This document shows positions 49,875 to 59,835 of a stretch of DNA of 64,000 bases, in pieces. Below the pieces are notes generated by a model. It was not told the origin of the DNA and searched no databases. It worked only from the letters and a program-made list of their open reading frames with translations. Both the position numbers and the translations under genes were made by a program. Within the stretch, counting starts at the first letter, position 1; each line of letters opens with the position of its first letter. This stretch comes from Spirochaetia bacterium (GTDB taxonomy: Bacteria; Spirochaetota; Spirochaetia; DSM-2461). The stretch spans positions 5,184,001 to 5,248,000 of the forward strand of contig OY764216.1 in NCBI GenBank assembly GCA_963668315.1. Reading direction: 5' to 3'.

Positions 49875-51803
49875 TTACTGCTCGTAGTACATCTGCCAGG
49901 GCCACAGGGCACCGACATTTCTCAGAGCGTCATAGTCATTCAGACCTTCAGCCACATTACCCATATCGGCGTTGACAACTCCGATGGAGGGCAGCAGACC
50001 GATAGTACCGATGGCCCAGAGGTTCTTCTTGCTGAGATCGACGATCTCTTTGGCAAGCTTGTCAACCTCGGCCTGGTCGGTGATGGTCTGGATTTTCTGG
50101 TAGTTCTTGATAACCGTAGCCAGATCACCGTAGGGGGCCTCGCCCTGCTCGCCGTCAGACTCGACATAGCGTCCGGCCATACCGGCGAAGTAATGCTCGC
50201 GGGTAAGGGGGATCATGCAGGAGTGGTCGAGAAGGAAGGAAACTCCCTCGTAACCCCATACGTAGATGTCCAGGTCGTTGTTGTCGCGCAGCTCTTCGAG
50301 AAGAGACCGTTCCATGGTTTTCACGATGGCTTTGATACCCACTTCTTCCATGTCTTTGGCAGCCAGGACGATGGCGTCGGCGTTGGTTCTGTCGTTCTGG
50401 AGAAGAACTTCGAATACCTTGCCGTCGGGGCGGAGTCTGTATTTATGATCGGCGTCCCACTTGAGGCCCATCTCGTCCAGAAGCTTGTTGGCCAGGGCGG
50501 GGTCGTAAGCGGTGTAGGCCTTTTCCCATTCGGCATCGTAATAAGCCATGCCCGGAGCCAGAGAAGCCTGGCGGGGTTCACCGAAGCCGCTGAAGGCGAT
50601 TTCCTGAATCATGTCTCTGTTGAGACAGGAGGAAAGAGCCTGTCTGAAGCGGACATCGCGGAAAATCTTTCTCAGAACCGGATCTTTATGGTACAGATTG
50701 GGGTAGAAAGTTTCGTTGGAACCCATGGGCTGTACTTCCCGGATAACCCGGTAGTGACCCTGTTCCTGGTTCTCCATAAGAAGGGTGTAGTTGTCGCCGG
50801 AAGCACCGTCAAGGTGACGGAACTGCATGTCCAGGTCACCGGCGATACCCTTAAGGGTAACGATACTGTTGTCTTCAACGAACTCGTGAACGATTTCGTC
50901 GATGTAGGGGAGCTGATTGCCTTCCGGATCGACCTTGAAGAAGTAGGGGTTGCGGGTCATGACCCATCTCTGGCTGTCATTGGAGTTGGAGGGAACCCAC
51001 GCTCTCATGGTGGGAACGTCGTTCTGGATCCAGAAGTAGTAGAGTTTATCCTTGAGGTAGCTCTTAACATCGGCGTAACCGGCCTCTTTAGCGATTGCGG
51101 CAGCCTTGTCATCTCCGACAAACTCGGGAAGGATGGTTTTCAGATAATGGGTGGGAGCATAGAACTCTCTCACCTGGAAAATCAGGTTCTGAAGAAACAG
51201 AGGAGAGGGAGCGGGGAAGGTCACCTTAACGGTATAATCGTCAATTTTGGTAACATCGCAGATTTCACCGTTGATGTAGAAACATTCGTTTACGGCTCTG
51301 TAAACTTCTTTAAGGATAACATGTTCCCAGTTGAAAACAATATCGTCAGCCGTAAATTCCACACCGTCGGACCACTTGAGTCCCTTTCTCAGATGAAATA
51401 CATATTCCTTACCGTTATCAATAACGTCGAAGCTTTCAGCCACGTCGGGAATAATGGTTTTTCCATCGGGAGCGAACATAACAAGAAATTCCTCGGCCAG
51501 CTTGGCGGGACCCCATTTGTCACTGGGTCCTTTCCAGGCGCGGTTCATGGTACCGCCGTAGTAGCCGATCTGGTCGACCATCTGCTGAACATAGGGTGTT
51601 TCGGGCAGACGCTCACTCAGGGGAGGCAGGGTTCCCGCTTCCACCATTTCGTGAAGCATGGGGGCTTCGTGATGAACGCTTCCCCTTTGAGCGGCAGAGG
51701 CGGAGGCACTTCCGGCTTCTTCACCGCCGTTGGCCATCAGGGAACCGCCGGCTAACAGAGTGAGTAAAATTGCCGTGAGGCAATATCTCAGACTTGTTCT
51801 CAT
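49875..51803 (-). CDS. Family-5 (Opp-type) solute-binding protein, probably for oligosaccharides
   Basis: EAPML...V..G.LPPL.ERLP..P, LRKGLKWSDG, RNPYFFKVD..GNQLPYID; flanked by glycoside hydrolases. Confidence 0.9.
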   Translation of the reverse strand: MRTSLRYCLTAILLTLLAGGSLMANGGEEAGSASASAAQRGSVHHEAPMLHEMVEAGTLPPLSERLPETPYVQQMVDQIGYYGGTMNRAWKGPSDKWGPAKLAEEFLVMFAPDGKTIIPDVAESFDVIDNGKEYVFHLRKGLKWSDGVEFTADDIVFNWEHVILKEVYRAVNECFYINGEICDVTKIDDYTVKVTFPAPSPLFLQNLIFQVREFYAPTHYLKTILPEFVGDDKAAAIAKEAGYADVKSYLKDKLYYFWIQNDVPTMRAWVPSNSNDSQRWVMTRNPYFFKVDPEGNQLPYIDEIVHEFVEDNSIVTLKGIAGDLDMQFRHLDGASGDNYTLLMENQEQGHYRVIREVQPMGSNETFYPNLYHKDPVLRKIFRDVRFRQALSSCLNRDMIQEIAFSGFGEPRQASLAPGMAYYDAEWEKAYTAYDPALANKLLDEMGLKWDADHKYRLRPDGKVFEVLLQNDRTNADAIVLAAKDMEEVGIKAIVKTMERSLLEELRDNNDLDIYVWGYEGVSFLLDHSCMIPLTREHYFAGMAGRYVESDGEQGEAPYGDLATVIKNYQKIQTITDQAEVDKLAKEIVDLSKKNLWAIGTIGLLPSIGVVNADMGNVAEGLNDYDALRNVGALWPWQMYYEQ

Positions 51804-52027
51804 AAAAATCTCCTCATTTCAGATATTAGTATCGAAGGGTTATTCCAAACAGAAATGGACTGCAGGAAAAAGTAAGCCCACCGAACCATAGAAATACTTT
51901 ATACCCGAAATTATCACCTGTCCTGCTTAAAATTGGGGGAAATATTGCAAATCTTGCTTAATCGGGTCTTTCTCGTTTTTTTTTGGTTAATTTTTCATGA
52001 GGAAATGGGGAGAAGTAAAAAATTGTC

Positions 52028-52102
52028 CAAAAAAAGTAAACAAGATTCACCATGTTTTCAACAAGATGCTCTAAGATATAATAAAAAGTGTCATGTTAAT
52101 CT
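52028..52102 (+). promoter_or_regulatory. Candidate AraC site, copy 3, plus extended -10 (TGtTAATCT)
   Basis: CAAGAT at 52041 and 52062; similar to 38510-38580. Confidence 0.7.
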
Positions 52103-52118
52103 AGAATCAGGAGTGACT

Positions 52119-52370
52119 ATGACTTTCGAAGAATTAGACAAGTTTACCCGGGAAAAACTACTCCCCTCCGTATCGGTGGACGGCGGTGATATTCGGGCCG
52201 AAAAAGTGGAGGAGGACAGGCTGATTTTTACAGTTCACGGCGAATGCGCCCACTGCCCGGCCTGCAACGACCACTTCGGCAGCTGGATCAAGGGAAAAGT
52301 GAAGCGCCACTTCCGGGAAGAGTATTCCATCGTTATAAAGAAAAGCAAACCCTATTTCGTGGAGGACTGA
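52119..52370 (+). CDS. Small NifU/NfuA C-terminal-domain protein
   Basis: P....DGGDI..........GECAHCPAC; RBS CAGGAG. Confidence 0.75.
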   Translation: MTFEELDKFTREKLLPSVSVDGGDIRAEKVEEDRLIFTVHGECAHCPACNDHFGSWIKGKVKRHFREEYSIVIKKSKPYFVED

Positions 52371-55300
52371 TGGCACACGTAGAGGTAGTAAGAAGGAATC
52401 TGTCCTTCCGCCAGTGGGCGGAAGTGAACAGCAGAAAATACAGAGATTTTATCATTGAAGAGTCCTACCCTATCGGGGGATGGCGTGTGCGCGAAGGGGA
52501 TTACTCCCCCGAAGGCTACGTCTGGGACGAGGATTTCCGGCCCATTCACGGCGGAGAGACCTGGGGCGGGCCGGATGTCACGGCCTGGTTCGAAGCCAGC
52601 GCCACCCTGCCGGAGGAACTGGCGGGCAGACGGGTCTACTTCAGAATGAACACCCCCACGGAAGTCATGGTTTCGGCGAACGGCGCCTGGCTGGGAGGAC
52701 TCGACCCCAACCGCTTCCTTTTCAAGCTGGAGGATAAGGCTCCGGCGGAGAAATCCTGGGACTTTGTGATGGAAGCCTATACCCGTTCCAAACCGGATGA
52801 CGACCGCAACCCCATCATAGCCCGGGCCCGGGGATGCATCCAGGAATTCGACCAGCCCTCCTTCGTCATCGTAAATGATGAGGTCCAGAGTCTGGTTTAC
52901 GACCTGGATGTTCTTCTCATGACCGCCTACGGCCCCTCCATAGATGAGGACGTCAGGGACTATCTGGAGGGAAAAATCCGCCGGATGATGCCCCTCTTCC
53001 CGCCTCACGACGCCCCCAGATCGGCCTACATGAAGGCCCTCCCGGCCATACGCGACTTCCTGAAAACCGAGGTATACGAAGCGGACCATCCCTTCGCCAA
53101 AACGGGGCGGCTCGCCTGCGTGGCCCACTCCCATCTGGATATCGCCTACTACTGGCGGGCCAAGCAGACGGTGCAGAAAAACGCCCGGACCGTCCTCATC
53201 CAGCTCAAACTGATGGAGGAGTACCCCGAATTCACCTACGCCCATACCCAGGCCTGGACCTACGAAACCCTGGAAAAGCACTACCCCGACCTCTTCGCCG
53301 CCCTGAAGCAGAAGGTGGCCGAAGGGCAGTGGGAAATCACCGGCGGCATGTACGTGGAGCCCGACTGCAACGTGGTCTCCTCCGAATCGCTCATCCGCCA
53401 GATCCTCTTCGGCAAGAAATACTTCTCCGGGAAATTCGGCGTTGACGTGGACAACTGCTGGCTGCCCGATGTTTTCGGAAATTCCCAGGTTCTGCCCCAG
53501 ATCCTCAAAAAAAGCGGCATCCCCTACTTCGTCTCCAACAAGATGTCCACCTGGAACGATACCAACCGCTTTCCCCACAACCACTTTATCTGGCGGGGCG
53601 TGGACGGATCGGAAGTGTATGCCTGTGTTCCCCCGGTCCATTTCATCACCTGGATGGATCCCAACCAGGCGGCGGACCACTGGAACGCCCTGCAGGACAA
53701 GGACCTGATCGACGAATCCCTCCAGATGTACGGCTACGGAGACGGGGGCAGCGGCGCCACCGCGGAGATGCTGGAATTCTACAAGCGCCAGGAAAAACTT
53801 CCCGGAGTTCCCAGGCAAAGACTGACCACGGGCAAGGAGTTCCTTAAGAGCGCCTTCGACGGCCGGAACGACCTCCCCCGCTGGACCGGTGACCTCTATC
53901 TGGAGATGCACAGGGGAACCTTTACCAATAAGGGCATCCTCAAAAAGATGAACAGGAAAGGGGAATTCGCCCTGCAGGAAACGGAAAGTCTGGCCCTCCA
54001 GGCGTCTCTGAAGGGTTATGCCTATCCCCATGAAAAACTGGAAGAGGCCTGGAAGATTCTCCTGGTCAATCAGTTCCATGATATCCTCCCCGGCACCCAC
54101 GTCATGCTCGTTACCTCCGATACACTGGCTGAGTATGAAAAAATGTTCCGGATGATTGACGAGATCCGCTCGGAAACATCGGAGTATCTGACCGACAAGG
54201 CGGAGGGCCAAGCCTGCGTCTTCAACCCCTACTCCTGGCCGCGGAAAACCCTCGTCTCCCTGCCGGATGAACTAACCGAAACCGAAACGGCCGGTTCCCA
54301 GCTGTTCCTGAATCCCGACGGCACTTCGGTCAGAAAAAAAATCTGTGAACTGGAACCCTTCGGAACGTTCTCCTTTGACACAGCCCCTTCGGAATCATCC
54401 GATGCCGTCGCAGGCCTCACCGCCTCTCCGGATAAACTGGAAAGTCCCTTCTATAGAATAGAGATAGACGAAAGAGGGCGCATTACCGATATTTTCGACA
54501 AAGAACTGAACCGCAATCTGGGAGGCAAAGACCTTCCCCTGAACGAATGGCAGGTCTTCGAGGACGCTCCCGGACGGTACAACGCCTGGGATATTGTGGA
54601 CCGCTTCGAAGACAAACCCCAGGAACTGGGCGACTGGACGAACATCACCGTAATCGAGCAGGGCCCCCTCAGTGCGGCCCTCCGCATGGAAAGGACCTTT
54701 CTGAACAGCAGCGCCGTGCAGATCATCCGGGTTTACCGGGATCATAAGCGGATCGACTTTCAGACCCGGGTGGACTGGGACGAAAGGGAAAGGCTCCTCA
54801 AAGTCGCCTTCCCGACCAACCTCCACTCTCCCCGCTACAGCTGCGACAACACCGGCGGCGTGACGGAGTATGAAAACCATCGGAACACAAGCTGGCAGCA
54901 GGCCCGTTTCGAAGTGCCCTTTCACAAATGGGTGGATATCTCCGAAGGCTGTTTCGGCGTTTCCCTGTTGAGCGACTGCAAGTACGGCTGCGACGTCAAG
55001 GACGGACAGCTGCGCATGAGCCTCCTCAGGGGAAGCATCCGGCCCGACCTGTACAGCGACTGGGGCGTCCATGAGTTCACCTATGCCCTGACGACCCACG
55101 GAGGGCAGTGGCAGAACTCCCGTCTTCTGGACGAGGCCTATGACCTGAATACCCCCCTGACCGCCCTGGCGGGCAGAAAGGTTAAGGGTCAAGCCGCTCC
55201 CCTGCTGGAGATCAACGGTACAGACGGCCGCTCCTGCTCCGTCAAAGGCCAGGCCCTGAAAGCGGCGGAGGACGGCTCGGGGGATTTGATCTTCCGGGCG

Positions 55301-55474
55301 GTGGAGTACTCGGGTACGAGAACCAGTGTCGAAGTAAACCTGAACACACCGGTCAAGGAGTGTTTTCTCTGTAATATGCTTGAGAAAAAAGAGCTTTCCC
55401 TCCCCCTGGAGAAGGGAAAAATCACCCTGAATTTCAAGCCCTACGAAATACTGACTTTACGCTTTTCCCGCTGA
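52370..55474 (+). CDS. GH38 alpha-mannosidase
   Basis: HSHLDIAY, GGMYVEPD, WLPDVFG, YG.GDGG, LYLEMHRGT, NQFHDILPG; start at the TGATG overlap with GGAGG. Confidence 0.92.
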   Translation: MAHVEVVRRNLSFRQWAEVNSRKYRDFIIEESYPIGGWRVREGDYSPEGYVWDEDFRPIHGGETWGGPDVTAWFEASATLPEELAGRRVYFRMNTPTEVMVSANGAWLGGLDPNRFLFKLEDKAPAEKSWDFVMEAYTRSKPDDDRNPIIARARGCIQEFDQPSFVIVNDEVQSLVYDLDVLLMTAYGPSIDEDVRDYLEGKIRRMMPLFPPHDAPRSAYMKALPAIRDFLKTEVYEADHPFAKTGRLACVAHSHLDIAYYWRAKQTVQKNARTVLIQLKLMEEYPEFTYAHTQAWTYETLEKHYPDLFAALKQKVAEGQWEITGGMYVEPDCNVVSSESLIRQILFGKKYFSGKFGVDVDNCWLPDVFGNSQVLPQILKKSGIPYFVSNKMSTWNDTNRFPHNHFIWRGVDGSEVYACVPPVHFITWMDPNQAADHWNALQDKDLIDESLQMYGYGDGGSGATAEMLEFYKRQEKLPGVPRQRLTTGKEFLKSAFDGRNDLPRWTGDLYLEMHRGTFTNKGILKKMNRKGEFALQETESLALQASLKGYAYPHEKLEEAWKILLVNQFHDILPGTHVMLVTSDTLAEYEKMFRMIDEIRSETSEYLTDKAEGQACVFNPYSWPRKTLVSLPDELTETETAGSQLFLNPDGTSVRKKICELEPFGTFSFDTAPSESSDAVAGLTASPDKLESPFYRIEIDERGRITDIFDKELNRNLGGKDLPLNEWQVFEDAPGRYNAWDIVDRFEDKPQELGDWTNITVIEQGPLSAALRMERTFLNSSAVQIIRVYRDHKRIDFQTRVDWDERERLLKVAFPTNLHSPRYSCDNTGGVTEYENHRNTSWQQARFEVPFHKWVDISEGCFGVSLLSDCKYGCDVKDGQLRMSLLRGSIRPDLYSDWGVHEFTYALTTHGGQWQNSRLLDEAYDLNTPLTALAGRKVKGQAAPLLEINGTDGRSCSVKGQALKAAEDGSGDLIFRAVEYSGTRTSVEVNLNTPVKECFLCNMLEKKELSLPLEKGKITLNFKPYEILTLRFSR

Positions 55475-55671
55475 TATTTTCTGACCCGGTCCTATAAACC
55501 AGCTTTTGCAGCCCCGCAACGCATAGTTGATGGCCGGGTCGGAAAACCCATGTTATACTCATCAGATAAAATAAGAAAAGAGCGCCCTGAAAACCCATTT
55601 ATTGCAACAAGAAAACCTTCCTAACTTCCCAAAACCATTAGGATAAGTACCGCTCTAGAAGAGGCTTATTG

Positions 55672-58089
55672 ATGAAGTATAAAGATTTAATCGACAAGAT
55701 GACCCTGGAAGAGAAGGCGTCTCTCATGTCGGGAAAAGATTTCTGGCAGTCCCAGGATATTGAGCGGCTGGGAATCCCCAGCATGTTTCTTTCCGACGGC
55801 CCCCACGGAATCAGAAAGCAGGCCGAAGCAGCGGACCATCTGGGCCTGAACGCCAGTATTCCCGCCACCTGCTTCCCCACGGCCGCGGCCATCGCCAACA
55901 GCTGGAATGAAGAGCTGGGAGAGAAGGTGGGAGACTGCCTGGGAGAGGAAGCGGTCGCCCAGAAAGTGAATGTCCTCCTGGGGCCGGGAATCAACATCAA
56001 AAGGAATCCCTTCTGCGGAAGAAACTTCGAATACTTTTCCGAAGACCCCTATCTGACGGGAAAAATGGCTTCCGCCTACATCCGGGGTATACAGTCCCGG
56101 GGGATTTCGGCCTGTGTGAAGCATTTCTGCGCCAACAACCAGGAAATGAACCGTATGACCATTGATACCCTGGTGGATGAGAGAACCCTGCGGGAAATCT
56201 ATCTGACCGGTTTTGAAATGGCGATTAAAGAGGGGGGCAGCCGGTCCCTCATGTCCTCCTACAACAGGCTCAACGGCACCTATACGAACGAGAATCTCCA
56301 CGTCATGAAAGAGATCCTCCGTGACGAATGGGGCTTTGACGGCTGCGTCATCACCGACTGGGGCGGCGGCAATGACCGGGTGGAAGGTCTCAAGGCGGGC
56401 AATGAACTGGAAATGCCCACCAATAACGGAGAAACGGACAGGGAAATCATCGCCGCGGTAAAAGAGGGACGGCTGAACGAATCGGTACTGAATGAAAATG
56501 TCGACCGGCTCCTGAATCTTATCTTCACCACCGAAGAGGTCTACAAAGAGACCCGCCCCGACTTTGACCGGGACAAGCATCATGAAGCGGCCCGCCGGGC
56601 GGCGGAAGAATCTATCGTCCTTCTGAAAAACGAGGATGCCGTTCTCCCCCTGAGCAAGGAAAAAACCGTGGCGGTAATCGGCGATTTCGCCGAAAAACCC
56701 CGCTATCAGGGGGCCGGTTCTTCCGTGGTCAACCCCACGAAGCTCGACAATACCCTTGAATGCCTGAAAGACTCAGGCCTGACAAGCATCGGTTACGAGA
56801 AGGGATTCGACAGATACGGCAAGAAAAACCTGTCCCTTCTAAAGAAGGCCTGTGCTCTGGCCAAAACGGCCGATGTGGTCCTCCTCTACCTCGGACTCGA
56901 CGAAGTCACCGAAGCGGAAGGTATGGACAGGACGGATATGTCCCTTCCCGCCAATCAGATTGAGCTTCTCGCATCCCTCTACGAATTCAACAGGAATATC
57001 ATTGTCGTTCTCTCCTGCGGATCATCCATTGAAATGCCCTGGATAGGAAAGGCCAAGGGCCTTGTCCACGCCTACCTGAGCGGTCAGGCCGGAGCGGGCG
57101 CCATCATCAATATCCTCACCGGAGCGGCCAATCCCTCGGGAAAGCTGGCCGAATCCTACCCCTTCCGCTACGGGGACACCCCCTCGGCGGCCAACTTCCC
57201 CGGCCTGGAAGTGAGCGTCGAATACCGGGAAGGCCCCTATGTGGGTTACCGCTACTTCGATACGGTCGGCAAGGACGTGCTCTTCCCCTTCGGATACGGT
57301 CTGAGCTATACGGAATTTGCCTATTCCGATCTCAGGATCGACGACAGGGGCGCTACCGTAAAAATCACCAATACCGGTTCTGTTGCCGGTAAGGAGGTCG
57401 TACAGCTTTACGTCGGCCTGGAAGGAGGAAAGGTCTTCCGCCCCGGCAAGGAACTGAAAGGCTTCGCGAAGGTCTCCCTGGAATCGGGAGAGAGCTGTGA
57501 TGCGGCCCTGCCCTTTGACGACAAAACTTTCCGCTACTTCAATGTGAAAACAGACAAATGGGAAATAGAAGAAGGGAACTATACCATTTCGATCGGAGCC
57601 TCCAGCGCCGATATCAGACTGACCGGAACCCTTGCGGTGAAGGGTACGGAAGCCCCTCTCCCCTATGAAGCGGAGGCTCTTCCCTCCTACTTTTCCGGAG
57701 AAGCGTCCGCGGTCGGCAGGGAAGAGTTTGAAACCCTTCTGGGATTCAAGGCTCCCGACCCCCTGTGGGACAGATCGGTCCCCCTGGGATTCAACGATAC
57801 GGTGGCCCAATGCGCCTATGCCAAAGGCGGATTCGCCCGTTTCGCCTTCGCCCTGATCCGATTCGGACACTGGTTCCTCAGGAAAATAGGACAGAGAGAG
57901 GCGGCGAACACCATCAAAATGTTCATCTGGCATATGCCTTTCCGGGGAATGTCCCGGATGAGCGGCGGAGCCATAAACCGCCCCATGCTCGACGGTCTGC
58001 TGACTATTGTAAATGGACACTTTTTCAAAGGTTTGGGAAAAACCTTGAAAGAGTTGAGAATCATGTTGAAAAATAATAAAAGAGGATAG
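55672..58089 (+). CDS. GH3 beta-glucosidase
   Basis: SDGPHG, GRNFEYFSEDP, KHF, ITDWGG, FPFGYGLSYT. Confidence 0.95.
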   Translation: MKYKDLIDKMTLEEKASLMSGKDFWQSQDIERLGIPSMFLSDGPHGIRKQAEAADHLGLNASIPATCFPTAAAIANSWNEELGEKVGDCLGEEAVAQKVNVLLGPGINIKRNPFCGRNFEYFSEDPYLTGKMASAYIRGIQSRGISACVKHFCANNQEMNRMTIDTLVDERTLREIYLTGFEMAIKEGGSRSLMSSYNRLNGTYTNENLHVMKEILRDEWGFDGCVITDWGGGNDRVEGLKAGNELEMPTNNGETDREIIAAVKEGRLNESVLNENVDRLLNLIFTTEEVYKETRPDFDRDKHHEAARRAAEESIVLLKNEDAVLPLSKEKTVAVIGDFAEKPRYQGAGSSVVNPTKLDNTLECLKDSGLTSIGYEKGFDRYGKKNLSLLKKACALAKTADVVLLYLGLDEVTEAEGMDRTDMSLPANQIELLASLYEFNRNIIVVLSCGSSIEMPWIGKAKGLVHAYLSGQAGAGAIINILTGAANPSGKLAESYPFRYGDTPSAANFPGLEVSVEYREGPYVGYRYFDTVGKDVLFPFGYGLSYTEFAYSDLRIDDRGATVKITNTGSVAGKEVVQLYVGLEGGKVFRPGKELKGFAKVSLESGESCDAALPFDDKTFRYFNVKTDKWEIEEGNYTISIGASSADIRLTGTLAVKGTEAPLPYEAEALPSYFSGEASAVGREEFETLLGFKAPDPLWDRSVPLGFNDTVAQCAYAKGGFARFAFALIRFGHWFLRKIGQREAANTIKMFIWHMPFRGMSRMSGGAINRPMLDGLLTIVNGHFFKGLGKTLKELRIMLKNNKRG

Positions 58090-58090
58090 A

Positions 58091-58723
58091 ATGAGCGATA
58101 TGACAGCTGAAAAAAAACCTTTCTTCGGAAAGATAGTGGAAAGCTGGAAACATTTTGAGGAAAAGCATCCCAATGTCACCCAGTTTCTTGTCTTTTTCAT
58201 TCTGAGCAACGGTGTAACCCTGCTCCAGATGATAATGATGCCCGTACTCAAGCGGATATTCCTTCATACGGCCCTGATCCATACAAGTTTTCAGGTCATG
58301 CAGATAGGACATAACCTTGACGGCTCGGCCTACTACGTATTCAATTATGCGGCGGGAGCCCTGGGCGACGGGGGCGGCGGCGGACTGGCCTACTTCCTGG
58401 CCGTTCAGATCACCATAGCCATAGCCCAGGTGATCAACTTTTTCGCCCAGAGAAATATTACGTTCAAGTCCAACGGAAATCCATGGAAAGCGGCTTTCTG
58501 GTATCTTATCGCCTATATTTTCATCTCAATTGGCGCAGCGGCCCTTCAGGGTGTATACAAAGTACCCATTTACAATCTATTAATGAACCGGTGGGGCATG
58601 GGTGCCACGGGTGAAACAATAGCCGATTTTATAACGATGATAATCAACTCGGCCGTTTCCTTCTGGGTATTCTTCCCTATTTTTAAAATAATATTCAGAA
58701 GTACTCCCGAGGAGGGTAAGTAA
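58091..58723 (+). CDS. GtrA-like 4-TM membrane protein
   Basis: QFLVFF, INFFAQRNITFKS (GtrA-like NF..nr..tF), 4 TM segments. Confidence 0.6.
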   Translation: MSDMTAEKKPFFGKIVESWKHFEEKHPNVTQFLVFFILSNGVTLLQMIMMPVLKRIFLHTALIHTSFQVMQIGHNLDGSAYYVFNYAAGALGDGGGGGLAYFLAVQITIAIAQVINFFAQRNITFKSNGNPWKAAFWYLIAYIFISIGAAALQGVYKVPIYNLLMNRWGMGATGETIADFITMIINSAVSFWVFFPIFKIIFRSTPEEGK

Positions 58724-58729
58724 ATATTT

Positions 58730-59749
58730 ATGAAACTTCTTTCTGTCATCGTTCCCAGCTATAATTCGGAAGATTATCTGGGGAACTGCCTGGATTCGCT
58801 TTTGGCCCTGTCGGAAGAAACGCTGGAGATTCTCATCATCAATGACGGATCCCGCGACAGAACGGCGGAAATCGCCGAATCCTATGCCCGTGACTACCCC
58901 GAAACTGTCAGAGCCGTCCATCAGGATAACAAAGGCCACGGCGGAGCGGTGAACACGGGCATCGAAAAGGCGACCGGCCTCTACGTTAAAGTAGTGGACA
59001 GCGACGACTGGGTGGACAGAGAGGCGTTTGAGCAGGTATTGAATACCCTTAAGACTTTTGTTACCGACAATTCACCGGTAGATCTGCTGATAAGCAATTT
59101 CGTCTACGAGAAGGAAGGGGCCAGGAGAAAAAAAACCGTCAGCTTCGCCAATGTACTCCCCCAGGGTGGAATTTTCACCTGGGACGACATCGGAGCCTTC
59201 AGGCGGGGACAGTATCTTCTCATGCATGCCCTGATCTACCGGAGAAAAACTCTCCTGGAATCGGGTATGGTCCTGCCGGAGCATACCTTCTACGTGGACA
59301 ACCTTTTTGCCTACCTCCCTCTGGACTTTGTGGAAACCCTTTACTACCTGAACGTGGACTTCTACAGGTATTACATAGGCAGAACAGACCAGTCGGTAAA
59401 CGAAGCGGTCATGATTAAAAGGATAGATCAGCAGCTTGCGGTCAACCGCATCATGATCAACGAAAGACCCCTCAGCCACAAGAGAAATATCAATCTTCAG
59501 CGCTATATGCTTCATTATCTTGAGATCATAACCACCGTTTCCAGCATTCTCCTCATCCGGGCGAAAACACCGGAGTGCATGGAGAAAAAACGGGAATTGT
59601 GGGCTTCGATCAAGGAAAGGGACCGGGCACTTTACCGGCAGCTCCGTTTCGGGCTTCTGGGACATATCGTCAACCTCCCCGGAAGGATAGGCCGCAAAGT
59701 ATCCATTGAGCTGTACCGGCTTTCGCAAAAAGCCATAGGATTCAACTGA
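58730..59749 (+). CDS. GT2 glycosyltransferase
   Basis: SVIVPSYN, INDGSRD, NKGHG, VDSDD. Confidence 0.92.
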   Translation: MKLLSVIVPSYNSEDYLGNCLDSLLALSEETLEILIINDGSRDRTAEIAESYARDYPETVRAVHQDNKGHGGAVNTGIEKATGLYVKVVDSDDWVDREAFEQVLNTLKTFVTDNSPVDLLISNFVYEKEGARRKKTVSFANVLPQGGIFTWDDIGAFRRGQYLLMHALIYRRKTLLESGMVLPEHTFYVDNLFAYLPLDFVETLYYLNVDFYRYYIGRTDQSVNEAVMIKRIDQQLAVNRIMINERPLSHKRNINLQRYMLHYLEIITTVSSILLIRAKTPECMEKKRELWASIKERDRALYRQLRFGLLGHIVNLPGRIGRKVSIELYRLSQKAIGFN

Positions 59750-59835
59750 GAGAAGAATTCTCTCGAAAAGAAAAATAGAAAACCGACTTAGCCTAAACTT
59801 TAAAAATAGAACTCAAAAAACAAGGAGATTAACAC

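Noticed and set aside
52244..52369. Upstream extension of the GH38 ORF
   Set aside because: It overlaps the NifU-like gene in another frame; the RBS and ATG are at 52370
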